From NCBI RefSeq assembly GCF_001186125.1, contig NW_014040315.1:26658-60829 (forward strand): DNA of 34,172 nucleotides, given 5' to 3'. The position numbers and the translations under genes are program-made. The notes under the pieces were generated by a model that saw nothing but the letters and a program-made list of their open reading frames with translations, had not been told where the DNA came from and did no database searches. Positions 8,620-23,135 of the stretch are shown here, one piece after another. This stretch comes from Sphaeroforma arctica JP610. Taxonomy: Eukaryota. Position 1 is the first letter of the stretch. Each line of letters opens with the position of its first letter.

Positions 8620-10313
8620 CTAGATCTGAGTGGTCTGTCGACGAAACGCTCTATCACGTACACGTTCACAGGTCCCGTTGTCATCGCCATGATGATTGTC
8701 AACGTAGTAGATGCCTCGACCTAAAATCTACAAACCAGATATGATAAGGAAATATACACAGCCATTATATGCACATACATATACACCACCGTATACCAGC
8801 CTGTTTCCCCGTTGTATCCCTACTACCCCACTTCCTATCCCGGGAACACGCGGAGATGTAAGTAAGGGAAATTCATACAGTGACACACTAGAACTGCAGA
8901 CCCACTGCACACATGCGGAACCATACGTTCACTACGGTCGCGCTACATACTCATGGCCATCTTTACATTCGTGCCGTGCATAGTTTGAAATTAGATGTAT
9001 GCGCCAGGGCTAGTCGATCTTGGGTATGTATATCTGGTGGAGGTGCAACCAGTCACCAGTACGGTTAGCAACCTCGTCGCAGATATCATATCGCAGTAGT
9101 CAATTACACCGCGACAAGGTGTAAAGAATAGTGCAGCACGGCAGTACACTATGAAAATTACCATATAATAATATATTAAAGGCCTTTTATTGGGCAAAAA
9201 AAATGCTCAGAGCTGATTTTAAACCGGGTTGTGTGGCAGTACTCAAATTATGCCGATCGTTCCACTTTCACCGCATGTCTGTGGGTTTTACAAAGCTTGG
9301 GGACAATAATTTACCTCCACATCAATTTCAATCTCTATATGTATGCATGTATATATTATGTACCAATTAAGCGTGCGCCTCAACGTACATGGCACGCAGT
9401 CTCACGGGAATCGGGCCGAGTCCAGTTCACATGCATGATTCGTCTATACATCCTGTGCACATTGCACGTTATTTACATCTCTCGTCCGCGTGTGCAGAGC
9501 TTCATTGAGCTAGTGCATATACGAAGTGCTCGAGTACTGGACTTCCGAGCCTATGAGCATCTGACGCACAAACAAGGGCGTGGCTTCACAGCAATCCTTA
9601 CGAATTGCTCAACAACACTGTCTATTCTGCCTCACTTCGGCATCCATCGTGTTTACACTAAGCGACCGTGTGCACATCCAAGGGATGACCGACTCTACTC
9701 GAGTATGGGTGAGCCAAGGGCAGTCACTACAGCCAGCGCGTGTACCCCCTCCCTTACAACAATCACCACGTGCGACTATGACAGGTCCGTTGACGCGCTG
9801 GTCAACCAGCCATACACTCTCCGCCGAGTGTACTCGGCCGGTATATGACTTCTTGCGCAGAATATTGTGCTGATGGGTAGTCCGTAATTCCTCTTACGTG
9901 CGCTTCAAATCGATCTTCGGACGTAATCCACACCACACACTAATATAATATCGTTGTTCTCGACGTCGGTATATGACTTCTTGCGCAGAATATTGTGCTG
10001 ATGGGTAGTCCGTAATTCCTCTTACGTGCGCTTCAAATCGATCTTCGGACGTAATCCACACCACACACTAATATAATATCGTTGTTCTCGACGTCGTGCT
10101 GTTCTTGCGCTGTTGTTAAATAGGCTTTCCCGTTGTCCCTATAGTTCACCCGCAATTCGTTTTCACGCCACCTCTCAGCTGTACCATTGCCATATCATCA
10201 CACCACGAAATACATCCATCAGCCCAACTCGTCCTTCGTATTGCTTGGATATCGCCCATCGTGCATGAGTCATACATTAGTACAGTACCATTGGATAGTC
10301 TTTCCGCCGCCAT
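8620..10313 (-). CDS. Hypothetical multi-exon gene, no family recognised
   Basis: Phase-compatible candidate exons 10289-10313, 10069-10178, 9941-9979 and ~9758-9851 give MAAERLSNAERWRENELRVNYRDNGKAYLTTAQEQHDVENNDIIL(KSYTDVENNDIIL)KSYTGRVHSAESVWLVDQRVNGPVIVARGDC. Downstream exons to about 8620 are uncertain. Confidence 0.35.
9839..10096. repeat. Perfect 128-bp tandem duplication
   Basis: gtatatgacttcttgcgcag... begins at both 9841 and 9969; CG microhomology at the junction. Confidence 0.95.
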
Positions 10314-10498
10314 AGTACGCCAGCCAATCATAATGCTGGCATGGCTTCATCGTGCTCATTCGATTTACCGAGCTCGTCAAACCCTACAATCTACAGCCAA
10401 TGCAATCTCACTCTTCTCCACGCTTTCTTTTAACAGTATGCGTAACTTTCCAGCCAATCAATTCACGTACATATCTACAGAGCTCTACTATGATTGGC

Positions 10499-13400
10499 TT
10501 ACATGTCGTCATCGCTCTCATATGATTCACTGAACTCGTCATCGTCTTCATTGTTCAGCAAATCGTAGCGGCGTCTGCTCATCTCTTGTTGTCGCAATCG
10601 CTCCTGTGTAGTGAGTATGAGAAGGTCCGATATAAATCGAAGTTTGTAATGAGATGACAAAAAGTTCATACAGTGATACGGATGATGTATCAACCAAGGG
10701 CAGTCAGAGTGAAAAGATCACAATATTTGCTTGAAGTGTATGGCAATACGCGACTGCAGACAAGGTGACCTCGCCCTTCAGAACTACAGAACTGTGCGCT
10801 ATAACTACATGCATATAGAGAAACAATGTCGGAGGAACATATCTGTATACAAAATTTAGACGCATGGGAATGATCGCAAGTGTGAACAGCCATCGACAAC
10901 CCTAATTGGTTTCCGATACGTTAAATCAGAACAATTTCTCCAAATAAATACGACAAACGACAAATACGACACTATCAGTAGTACGCAGAGCACAGGGATA
11001 AGAATACAATGTACCAATACACTCTCAGCTACATTCTGTATTGACACGCACTAGCATCACATATGCTCTAGGAGGCCTATACCTGTATTGTATGTTGTTA
11101 AGTATGAGCCCAACCACACTCATCAGAATTGCTACACTGGTTAAATGACTGCACCCGGAACGCACTACTGAACACTGCATTCCAAAGTCCAAAGGAGAGA
11201 ATTCGTACCCAGGTAGACGAGATTGACACACCCGCCGGTAAAAGAGGCACCCTTACCAATCACTGACTTGAGCCTTCGACCATGAACTTGTGCACTACAG
11301 AGAAATGAAACGACATACTGGCCGAACAGCTCAACAGCCCGTGTGTGGAACTGCACACCCAGGCCAAGCCAGCATGCAAGCGACCGAGTGCCTCGCCTGC
11401 ACGCCAAGACTACTTCACTATGCGTAGTATGACTACAAGACAATACGCCACTACCACTGTGACCAATGGGTTAGGCATGGAGAAGTCACTGCACAGGGCA
11501 CGCTTGTGACTATCGACGTGTATAAACACAAACGCCTAATAAGCATATACTTGGCAAATCTTGTAGGTATGTGTATGGCCATATACACGGCACATTTTAT
11601 GCAATCGACGATATGCTCACATTCATCTAATGGTATACCTTACAAACGTTCAAAGATTAGCTCTGTCGTTGAACTGGGCAAATGCCTGGCATCGAAATCA
11701 TACACACTCGTCTAGCACTATACTTTTCCCAGTAGTATTGTACTACACACAGTGCACCCTTTAAACAAGCGTAGTATATACACACGCTTATCCGACCAGC
11801 ACACACCTTAAAACGGGTAGCCGCGAAACTCACAAGCAGACCACCGGCCAGAACAACTCCGAAGAAGATGCCCATACTGTTCCAAAACGAAGATCCACCA
11901 TTCTTCTTTTCTTCTGTCTCAGTCGCAGCATTTGAGTCCATTTCCAGGCCCTTGCCATCACTTCCATATCCCTTTTGGGCTTGATTTGCCCCGGATTTAG
12001 GAGGGCTACCGCTCACTTTCGCCTCGAAGCTTACCAGTGAGTAGGGGCTGTCAGCCACCCAGGCTTGCTCCTCCACTTGTATATCATACACACGTCCGCT
12101 ATGATTGTCTCGTACCGTGATGATGTACTTAACACCCGCAACAACTTGCTTGTCCACACGAGTTATCTCCAGATCTTTCTCGCTCAGCTGCTCTCTGTTG
12201 GTGTTTGTGTTGTGCTGCGTCACGGCAAAGTGTAGCGCTCCTGTCACACTTTCGTCGTTAGTGTCTGCTGGGGTGATGCCACCTGCACCAGCCATAAAAA
12301 GTATGCCATAAATAGGATATTGCAGCAATATAGCAGTAACTATTGCTGATGCGACTCGTGAGCTACTGAAGTGTGCCGTGTGTATGTGTTGTGCGATTCT
12401 GCGTGCGAGGGGGTGATATGTAAATGCAATCCAACTTGTGCATCATACAATCCAACTTGTGCATCATACAATCCAACTTGTGCATCATAGAGGTTGTCAG
12501 GACATGCACGACACTCAGTTTTCAGTCCAAATTGATCAGCGGGGCCAGTATACGCAGACTTGTCTGCCCTTATACTTTAACAAATCCCTACAACTCACTA
12601 TAACCTTAACATAACATAGTGACTAAACACACCTGGCATGTTCTTTACTTCCTCAGTGCCCAGTACATTGAAGTCTACCGGCTCCCACAACTCTGTGTTG
12701 CCGTTGGCGAGTGGGTGGTGCTTAATTGTGGCTTCGTATATCTGAGGTGTACTGTCAGCCTGGAAATGACCACAACAACAGAATCGAGTTTTGGAGTACA
12801 TTCAGAAGTTCCTCGGTAGATTCAACTCGCTTAGAATAGAATATAGATCTTCATATCGAATAATAACATTCGATTTATGGAGCAGATGATAAACTTGCTA
12901 TAGTGTACTTATGTTTTCGCAAACCCATAAGGTTGTGGAAAACAGACGTTCGCGGAGCATAGGGGAGTCTGAGACATCAGACAAAAGAAAAACCCCCACG
13001 CCAAAAACAAACAAATAAGGCTATGTCACATACGCTACACATCATATCCGTATATACCACAATACGTACAACAAGGGGAATGACGCAACGTTTCGGTCAT
13101 ATGTCGCCGGGCATGTGCGCTGTATGCCTTGAGTATTCAATCAGATACCAACTCACGCGTGTCCATTCGCTACGCCGTTTCATGTACGTACTTCGTATAA
13201 GCTGCATCTATGTGCCCTGGTATATATGACAATGTGCGTGCAACTACCAATAGTATAAGAAAAGAAAAGTACCAGATGACCACAATGCACGATGAGCGTG
13301 CAGCTATGACTGAACAGATGAACCCCGTCGCTCACTACCACTGAGTATGCATAACATAACCTCTTCCTAAAGTGTCGACGGTACTGAACGTTTGACCTTG

Positions 13401-14901
13401 ACCAACGACGCTGACAGGCGATCGCTCTAGTTGAAATACACAGCAGACGCTTCCAACTGTCCTGAAAACGAACCCCTCAAAAAAACACAGCACAATCTTA
13501 GTAGCTATGATACCACCTGGACAGATAGATACAAGCATATGCACAAGACTTACCATCAGAGTACATTCAGATGTAGGCTTCATGTCATTTGTTTTGCGGC
13601 ATGACGAAAGGCCGGCTTTCAACTTGAGTTTGTATATCTCCGTGCCATCGGTCTGGGTCTCCACTTTCTCCTCTTCAACACCCACGAGCACCATCTGATT
13701 CATGGAATTGCTTCCCGAATTGATCAAAAGCATGGCTTCTTGGATAGCATGCGCTTCCTGTTTTATTTTAACATTGCCAGGTTGATTTATCCAATTGTGT
13801 ATGTGGGTATAATATAATCGGCCGATGAGGCGGTATATTCATGGTACTTCAGTCGGGTACAGTTGTGCTTGGGTAGTCGACGCTACTTTCATATGGGAAT
13901 AGATGACGGTGGCAACGCATAAAGTGTAGCCACTTGTTCCAACTACATGCTCAGCCATATGAGATAACACATTTCTATATACAAGTAGAGACATGCGAAG
14001 ACTTACGAACTTCCGGACAAGGACATGTACTAGGGATATAAATACTATGAGATATAAACGCGGCATGTCATATATATACGCCTCGGTGAGCATAGTGCGT
14101 ATTTCAATTAACTTTGTTTTCGCTTTTGGGTTCGTAATGCCATGACAAGCTCAAGCCAACAGACCAACTCAGGCGAGTTGCCTCCATCAAGGCTCACATA
14201 AACCAAACACACATTCACAAATCTGCAAACGAGCGAGGCTTGATTTGATCTGTAGCAAGGTCTATTGTAAAAACAGCTACCCTGAATAAACAATATTTCC
14301 TGCTTTCCTGCGATCCGCATCTCACTGTACATGTTATACACAGGGCCATCCAGTCTACCAGATGGTGATGTGACGTATATGCAGTTGGTGCTGATAGTCG
14401 ATTTTTCAGATTTTTGAACCCTGTCCGCGATATATATCCCACTACGTGATTGAGTGCACTAAAAATTATATCGAATATATATATATATATATATATATAG
14501 AACAGACTTGTATCAGTGACCGAGATACCTGTGTATGCAAGCGTATTGCTGAACGAGCCTCATCGACGCCAAACGTGTATACTACAAATACAGGAGCATA
14601 TAAATATTACAATGATACTTTATATATACAACAACAAGACACAGAAACACTGCAGTATACCACACGGTAGGATAGTTCGTATTATAAAACTATATTTAAA
14701 TATCACACTCAAGAGACGTATACTGAATTTACACCAATATACTGCTGTCTGCCACAACGTAGAATAGCCGATTTTCACGACGGAATTCATATAATATACA
14801 TTGACAACTACGGTTTATAAATCACATACACTGACATCTGTCGTACTGGCTGCTGTGCAGAAGGCCACTGCGCTCAGAACGACGGCAAAGGTTCGTAACA
14901 T
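10499..14901 (-). CDS. Signal peptide + two cystatin-fold domains + transmembrane helix + acidic cytosolic tail
   Basis: Exons ~14830-14901 (MLRTFAVVLSAVAFCTAA), 13554-13757, 12633-12759, 11807-12282 and 10499-10603 are phase-compatible. Domain 2 has MPGG, QVVAG and QAW motifs; domain 1 is divergent (NSGSNS..QTDG..C-RK..C). TM GIFFGVVLAGGLLVSFAA. Extra exons between 13760 and 14830 are unresolved. Confidence 0.75.
12427..12489. repeat. 21-bp intronic tandem repeat x3
   Basis: caatccaacttgtgcatcata repeated three times. Confidence 0.9.
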
Positions 14902-15700
14902 GGTCTACTTGTATTCCACTATACGTTTCTTATAGGCTGGATTTGGAGTGGTAAAAAACTTGCAAACTCTGTACTTGAGTATGACTTAAAGGGATACGAA
15001 TTCTCGAATATATGGTGTTATGTATGTTGTTTGTAGAGACAAGATGTGTTATGATGTGTATGTTGTACGCGTGTACAAGAAGTTATGTTGAGAAGTGTTT
15101 TTGTGCATATACTTATTTTAAAACACAACGCCATATCAACCTATGACCTACGAGGCTATTTGACTACATACTACTACTTTTTTTGGGGGTTTTTTTCCTT
15201 CCAAATTTTAGTATATTTAAATCCCTCACAAAATCTACGACTGAGTGATGTTTATTGGGGAACACGCCAGTTTTTTCGAAAAGGGTGTCGCTAAAATGTG
15301 AGTCATCGTTTTTTCCGACACAACTGCTTTTCGATGAGAGACCAGTCGGGAGTCGGACTCGGAGTCAGTCAGACTCACAGACCACAGTTAAATACATACA
15401 AACCAGTCAGTGTCACTCAGTGATCATAGACAGAGACAATTGCCCAAACGTAATTGGATAGAACTTTAAAATTGAACTTAACAATCAATGAATGCTAAGA
15501 TAAAGGGAGGGTACATAGTCAACACTCAACACGGGCCACAAATGTTCGGAAACCGCCAAAAGCAGTCCCATGCTATTGTAGTGTGTAGTGTTCGCGGGGG
15601 AGATTGCAGCCTTATATTTTAAAAAGTTCATTGCGTTCCACAATAGAGGGACTGGATGCGGATGTAGTATTGTTTAGTGTCACACTTGTAGGCTGCAATC

Positions 15701-18700
15701 ATGAGTATGTGCGTCTTGGAAGTAGTGTATGTAAATGTATGCGATAAGATCATATACACGAGGAGAAGATGCTGCACATACCTACAGTCTTCAAATGTGA
15801 AATGAGATTTTGGATACTGAGATCTGTAGTGTTAGCGTGTTCGCGTTTACTGTATAGATTGTAGAGCATATCGCTTTGTGATATGATTTTGATCCTCATA
15901 GTGTATATATAGGGGTGAGCTTCAATTATCAATATACTGCCGAAAGACACAGATTCATCATTTAGTACGGGATTAAGTTATCCCTATATATATATATGTA
16001 TATATATATATATTTGTGAGTTGTTTGTGATATATATATGGGNNNNNNNNNNNNNNNNNNNNNNNNNNNNNNNNNNNNNNNNNNNNNNNNNNNNNNNNNN
16101 NNNNNNNNNNNNNNNNNNNNNNNNNNNNNNNNNNNNNNNNNNNNNNNNNNNNNNNNNNNNNNNNNNNNNNNNNNNNNNNNNNNNNNNNNNNNNNNNNNNN
16201 NNNNNNNNNNNNNNNNNNNNNNNNNNNNNNNNNNNNNNNNNNNNNNNNNNNNNNNNNNNNCCCTATATTATAGTGTTGTTATTCAAGATTCTTGGAGGCT
16301 AGTTTTCGAGGCCATTCACCTAAATATTCAGTATGTTCCATCGTCGTAAGTGAACATATCAGGACCAACCATACTGTATTCACCAATGCATATCTAGACC
16401 TATTCATGGCCACTTGCTCTGATGCCCTGATGCTTGCACTATAGATGCACTGTGATCAAGTCACATTCCACCATTTCTTATTACATTCCCTGCTCCCCCA
16501 CTCTGTTATGCTTCCAGGCGGCTTTAGTTTTGGCGCCACCAATACGAGCACCCCTGCACAGGGTTTCTCGTCCACACCAGCCCCATCTACGAATGCTTTT
16601 GGACAGAGCAATACAGGCGGCGGCGGCGGCGGTTTGTTTGGCAACACCAATACGACTTCCACGAATACGTTTGGCGCCGCTCCTGCTACTACAGCGACAG
16701 GTAGTGCTTTTGGGTTCTTTCTCGATCGATCGGATAGAGCAGCCGTGTACGTATATGTTTGGATGTTGCCTTGCAGTTGGGTCTGGGTATATATTTATTT
16801 GAAATCCTGCGTCTACATTTGTTCCTGTGGTGTGGGCTTTTTTGGTTGTCCGTTACGCATGCTTTATGTGGGTTCACTCTCATTTGTACCTTCAGTACAT
16901 TGTGTATATGTGTGTATATGTGTGAAACACATCGCTTTGCACGTGATGTAGCGTTGTTTATTTCCACTTTTTGCAGTGTTCCGTGAGCTTATGGTATTGT
17001 TTTCTCGCCGTTGCATTGTACGCTGTCGACCTTGGAAGCATGTTGAATAACACATCCCACCATATCGTATAGTAATAGTGAAGCCCGCAGACTCTTTGAC
17101 CGAAACATATATAAACATGTACCGATATCGATGACGCTCGCCAGATATGCATTTACATTTGAGTCCGATGTATGCGTCAATACATACCCGATCCTGGCCT
17201 GTTACCTTTCGATCATCAGTATGAATTTAACCGTTTGATCCGTATACATAGGTGGAACCAGCTTATTTGGCAACACTGGTAGTACTGCCGCTCCTTCCGG
17301 AGGCTTGTTTGGCAGCACAACAAATAATACCACACAGCAATCTAACCCATTCGGTGCCACCACAGGTACTTTATTTGATACCGGACCTCATTTATGTGTG
17401 TACAATGACGTGACTGTTGTAGGTATAGATGCGTGACTGTTTCCAGTGTATCTAGCCCGAGCTGTCTGCGAGTGTTCGCACATACAAGAGTGTTGTATAC
17501 AAACAGGCAATAGTAACTTCAGGAACGCATTCTTGTTTATTTTTCGACATCAACATATATTTAAGATTATTGTAATATTTATATATATATAGTATTATCA
17601 TAGTATAACATTTTTTAAGATTATCATAGTAACCATACATCTTTTATGCACGTTTGTTTGCTATCATCTATAGCAGTCGCCCTTGCTTCAAAAACACGCC
17701 TATCCGTAGAATTGACACAGCGATACATATCTTGTTGCATGGTTTCACGTGCTGCACTTACTAGCCATCGTGTGGTCAAGATATTGTCAATTCTACTGAT
17801 ACGTTTTTTTGGAAATGCATATTCCAAATCATTCTGTTCATTCGTAATGCTGGGTTCTACCCTTATTTTAAGTACAGGCACAACGTCCTTATTTGGTGGT
17901 CAAAGCCAACCCGCGGCATCAACCGCTCCCACAGGTATGAAGTCCCGAGCATGAACCTCAAAATTTGGTTAAGCAAGACTTTTACGTTAATTTCGGGTCT
18001 GTTCCCAATATATGCGTGAAAATCATGCCAGCAGTAAACTCTCGTGTCATTTCTATCTCTGTGAGTATATTCTTATTCCGACATAATGCCCCGAATGTCA
18101 ATGCTTGTTTCAATTACAAGCCAGTCTTTCACACTAGGGTTTTTTATATATACACAGGCTCCTTAGCGAATCCGCTAGCTATTCGGTGATCTCCATACAT
18201 CAACATGCTTCTAAACTATTCTCATTCTCGTGTGTGATGCATCTCTTCAGGCTCGATCTTCGGCAATACGGCGTTCAATACGACGTCCAATATAAATACA
18301 GGCGGAGGCTTATTTGGTGGTGGTGGTGGTTTTGGTGGCACACAACAAACACAGTCCACTTTCGGAACCTCCACTATTTCCGGTATGCCCGTTGTAAGTA
18401 TGATTTCAAAAAACCTGTCGTAGACAAAAACCTGGTTTTGTTTCTCTAAATTTGGATGATTTGGTGCCTGATATGAATTTGGTCGTCGTTTGGAAGCGTT
18501 GTATCGTAAGTCGCAGCAGTTACATATCATGTGCACAACCGGACGAGTGGGTGCTTGGTGTTCTTGAGGTTTCTTCAGGTTGTAGTCGATGTTCGCTATC
18601 TCTGCACACGCACACTATAGACTCAGGTAATAAGCACATCTATGTGTATATGTTTTCTTTGACACGCACACATACATATATATATGAATACGCATACCTA

Positions 18701-18973
18701 CGTACGCACACACTCGTTTAAACCAAAGTTTGCCGGTGACCTTCATCGCGACAGGGGTGAAATGACAGCTACATATCCAAATTAGTTTACTAGGACAAGG
18801 TTGGTGTCTAACAGTCGAGTGGAGCCTGCAGTAGGTAAAGCGGGAATTATGACACCCATTCCATCCGCAGTTACTACAAATGAACCATCAGAACACACAG
18901 TCAACACAGTAGGGTTGGTCGTGTCTGCCACTTGTGTATATGCACCATACGCTAAGTACTATTGTCCACATCT

Positions 18974-19010
<37 letters not shown>

Positions 19011-22000
19011 TTGTATACATATATATATATATATATATAAATNNNNNNNNNNNNNNNNNNNNNNNNNNNNNNNNNNNNNNNNNNNNNNNNNNNNNNNNNN
19101 NNNNNNNNNNNNNNNNNNNNNNNNNNNNNNNNNNNNNNNNNNNNNNNNNNNNNNNNNNNNNNNNNNNNNNNNNNNNNNNNNNNNNNNNNNNNNNNNNNNN
19201 NNNNNNNNNNNNNNNNNNNNNNNNNNNNNNNNNNNNNNNNNNNNNNNNNNNNNNNNNNNNNNNNNNNNNNNNNNNNNNNNNNNNNNNNNNNNNNNNNNNN
19301 NNNNNNNNNNNNNNNNNNNNNNNNNNNNNNNNNNNNNNNNNNNNNNNNNNNNNNNNNNNNNNNNNNNNNNNNNNNNNNNNNNNNNNNNNNNNNNNNNNNN
19401 NNNNNNNNNNNNNNNNNNNNNNNNNNNNNNNNNNNNNNNNNNNNNNNNNNNNNNNNNNNNNNNNNNNNNNNNNNNNNNNNNNNNNNNNNNNNNNNNNNNN
19501 NNNNTACATACATACATATACATATACATATACATATATTTTTATTATATATAAATTTTTTATTATATTATATATATATATATATATGGGTGTGTGTGTG
19601 TGTGTGTATACTATATATCCGCTGACCATCTGTATTTTGTACGCCTGCCTTCTATCGTGTGCGCTGTAGGTCACAGCACTCTTCCACGAGGTCAAAATGG
19701 ATGATGAGATCATCTCCACCGTCAACGAGCAGAAGGCGAGAGATCTGGCAATAGCAGCGCAGTGTGAACGCGAGAATAAAAACGAAAGGTGTGTCGTTGG
19801 AGACACAGCTAGATTGGGCCACGAACCTCCACCCTCGTCGCCCCAGCAGCTACAACCCACTATCTGCTGTTCTGTTCTGGACACCCAAATTGTGACACCC
19901 GTTCCTAACCGATTAATCGCATCAGGCACTCACCACTGTCCTCAGCCGTACATGTGCAATCATTTCCTATCGTACTCACCACACCCATTGTTACCATAGG
20001 TAGATTGTTTGGGCTAGTATTGGTGTCGTAGTTTGTAGGCTAGGAGTATGTGGGAATTACGGCTAGTGTAGAACATTACACACTGTTAGGGCATCTGTCA
20101 CTGTGTACCAATATTTGACTTTGACCTCTTACCCAAAACTCTCACCTGCACCACGCCATTCAGCCTCCCATATGCGATCTCAATCGCATCTCAACTTCTA
20201 ACCCACTCCCCATCCCCCACTCGCTCTACCCTCAGATACGACACCTACCACTCCAAGCGCGTGGGCAGCTTCGACGGATACCTCATGCAGGTGATGATGA
20301 ATGCACTCCATCGAATGCAAGACTACCAGAACTACATCGTGGACCTTGAACGGGACATGGAGTCGGTGAAGGGGCAGCGCCGCTTCTCACCCGATGTGTT
20401 GCAGAAGATCATGCGCGACCAACACGACGCCTACCAAGCACTCTCGTCAAAGGTAGGTAGCGGTGGTGGTAGACTGAGGCGTGGGTGGGTTAGAGAGCGT
20501 ATACATTGTAAACGATTGACCAGAGGGATCTATACCTATTGGAGTATATATGTAGTTGATATGTCTATCACAGCCAGTAGTATATGAGACTCTCATTGGT
20601 CTTACACAGCCCGTAGTATATGAGACTCTCCTTGGTCTTACACAACCAGTAATATATGAGACTATCCTTGGTCTTACACAGCCAGTAGTATATGAGACTC
20701 TCCTTGGTCTTACACAGCCAGTAGTATATGAGACTCTCCTTGGTCTTGCACAGCCAGTAGTATATGAGACTCTCCTTAACCTTACACAGCCAGTAGTATA
20801 TGAGACTCTCCTTGGCCTTACACAGCCAGTAGTATATGAGACTCTCCTTGGTCTTACACAGCCAGTAGTATATGAGACTCTCCTTGGTCTTACACAGCCA
20901 GTAGTATATGAGACTCTCCTTGGCCTTACATAGCCAGTAGCATGTGCGACTTTTCTGGATGAAGTAGGTATCCAGCTTACTCTCATCAGTGGAGCGGATC
21001 AGGAGAGCCCCGGCAGAATTTACGCTGACGTTCATACGAACGCTGTCCCAGGCACTGGCGTTCGTCCTGTCTCTCATACTATCACGTGTCCAGCTTGTAC
21101 CAGTCTGTGGATATCATTAGGAAATCCTGGACTGGTTAAGTACCCGACCTGGCACGTACTCTGATAGACATACCCACTGACACGTGGCACCCCATGCAAT
21201 CTTACAGGTGTCTAGCTTGCACCAACTGGTAGAGGGCATCAGGGAAGACTGGACGGAGTATGTGCTACGCAACGAACTCTCGAACGACCCTGTGGCCGAA
21301 CGGAGGAAGAAGAGTGGCAGGTGTGTGCATGCTCGTGCATATCCACACTCTGTGTTTGGAACCGTTCGTACGCTAGTTTTCAATCAGGCGGACGGCAACG
21401 GACTGTCTGTTTCTGATTGGATACGCTCTCTCGGATAGAACTGCCTCGTGAACAGTGTGACCCAATGTGCGGGTGCATCCCACTGTATCTAGGATCTAGG
21501 ATTTTAGTGTTTTACCTAAAACGCTAGACCCTGTCGACACTCACTCTGTATATATGNNNNNNNNNNNNNNNNNNNNNNNNNNNNNNNNNNNNNNNNNNNN
21601 NNNNNNNNNNNNNNNNNNNNNNNNNNNNNNNNNNNNNNNNNNGGTATTCCGTGACTTTCAATATCTTTTAGCCATCAATGTATCCATGCATGTTATTCAA
21701 TGCTCCACCTATCCAATATGTTCACTCTTCGTATGGGCGTATTGGCCTATATCACGCATCCTACTACCCACATAACTGATATATTGATATATATCTCTCC
21801 TCTTCGCACAGGCCGGGCATGTTGGTGGGTGCAGGCGGCGGAGACTTCAATTCCGACAAGCGCCCCGGCATGGGTCCCAAGGCAAACTCGGGTTTCGATA
21901 TCACTAAATTAGTTACCATGGGTATGTGGACGAGATGTTAACGTTTGGATTCGATACTGCAAGACGTAGTTGCAGTGTGTATGCCTGTGTACCTATACTG

Positions 22001-23097
22001 TAGGTCGTGTTGTGATGATTATAAGCACCTATTCAGGCACCATAAAACTCATGAGATTATACACACCTATTTCGTCACCATGAAACTCATGAAATTATAC
22101 TCACTTAATTCGTCACCATAAAACTCATGCACCTATTTAGGCACCGTCGCCCCTGGAATAGCGGGTGCTCCTGGTACAGCAAATCTCAGCACAGGCACAA
22201 CCACAGGCGGAGGCTTGTTTGGCGGCGGGTTTAATGCCAGCAAGCCTGCGTTTGGGGCTACCACACAGCCAGCTACAAGTGAGTAGAGTGTGTATATTGT
22301 ATGTGTGTGATGTTTATATATAGTGTATGTGTATGGTGTATAAATATATATATGTATTTGATTTAGTCGGTGACTGATTGTGCGGACTTATGTCCAGAGA
22401 CGTGGGCGTGGGACGTGTGTGCACAGGGGATACACAGTGTCGGTTAGAACATTGATCAAGGGGTCTGGTACTAGGTTATATATTTGGGAAGGTCATGGCT
22501 GTGTGTGCGTGTTGGTAAGGAGATTAAGTTGGTATGCTGGCTGTGATGCTGTAGGTTTCACATATACTAATTCATGATACATTCAAATCTTGGACGCATG
22601 CTTTTGTTTTTTGTCGCTTTAATGCCAAATTGGAAAGTAACTGCCAAATTGATTTGGGTTTGATATCAAATACGCTGTATTGATTCCGAGTTGCAGCTAT
22701 ATAGTACCAACCACCATGTCCCCTCCCACGAATTTCGAGAAGATCCGAATGTGCTCCACATATTGTGTTGGCTTCCCACTGTCCTTGATGTTGTCTGTGA
22801 GTACTAGTTACAGTTATGGCGGTTCGTTCTCCCAAACCATCTACGTTGTATCGATTATTGATGTTTGGCATTCGATTGAAAATGCTGCAGGCGGCTTTGG
22901 GGGTTTCGGTATGGCCGCATCCACTCCGCTAAAGTCAACTACGGGTACGTGCCATGTGACTCGTAATCCTGTGTAGCTAACTCGATATCCTGTGTAGCTG
23001 ACTACTTTTTCTGTGTATCTTTTCACGAATGCGATGCATGCATTGTACGCAAGGGCTCATGAGTTGAGTGGGTTTGCAGTGATAGATATGGATATGG

Positions 23098-23135
<38 letters not shown>

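Noticed and set aside
20447..21077. Repetitive ORFs on both strands and a CRISPR-like 36-bp period
   Set aside because: Contiguous minisatellite with no unique spacers inside a NUP58 intron; the ORFs arise because the unit is a multiple of three.
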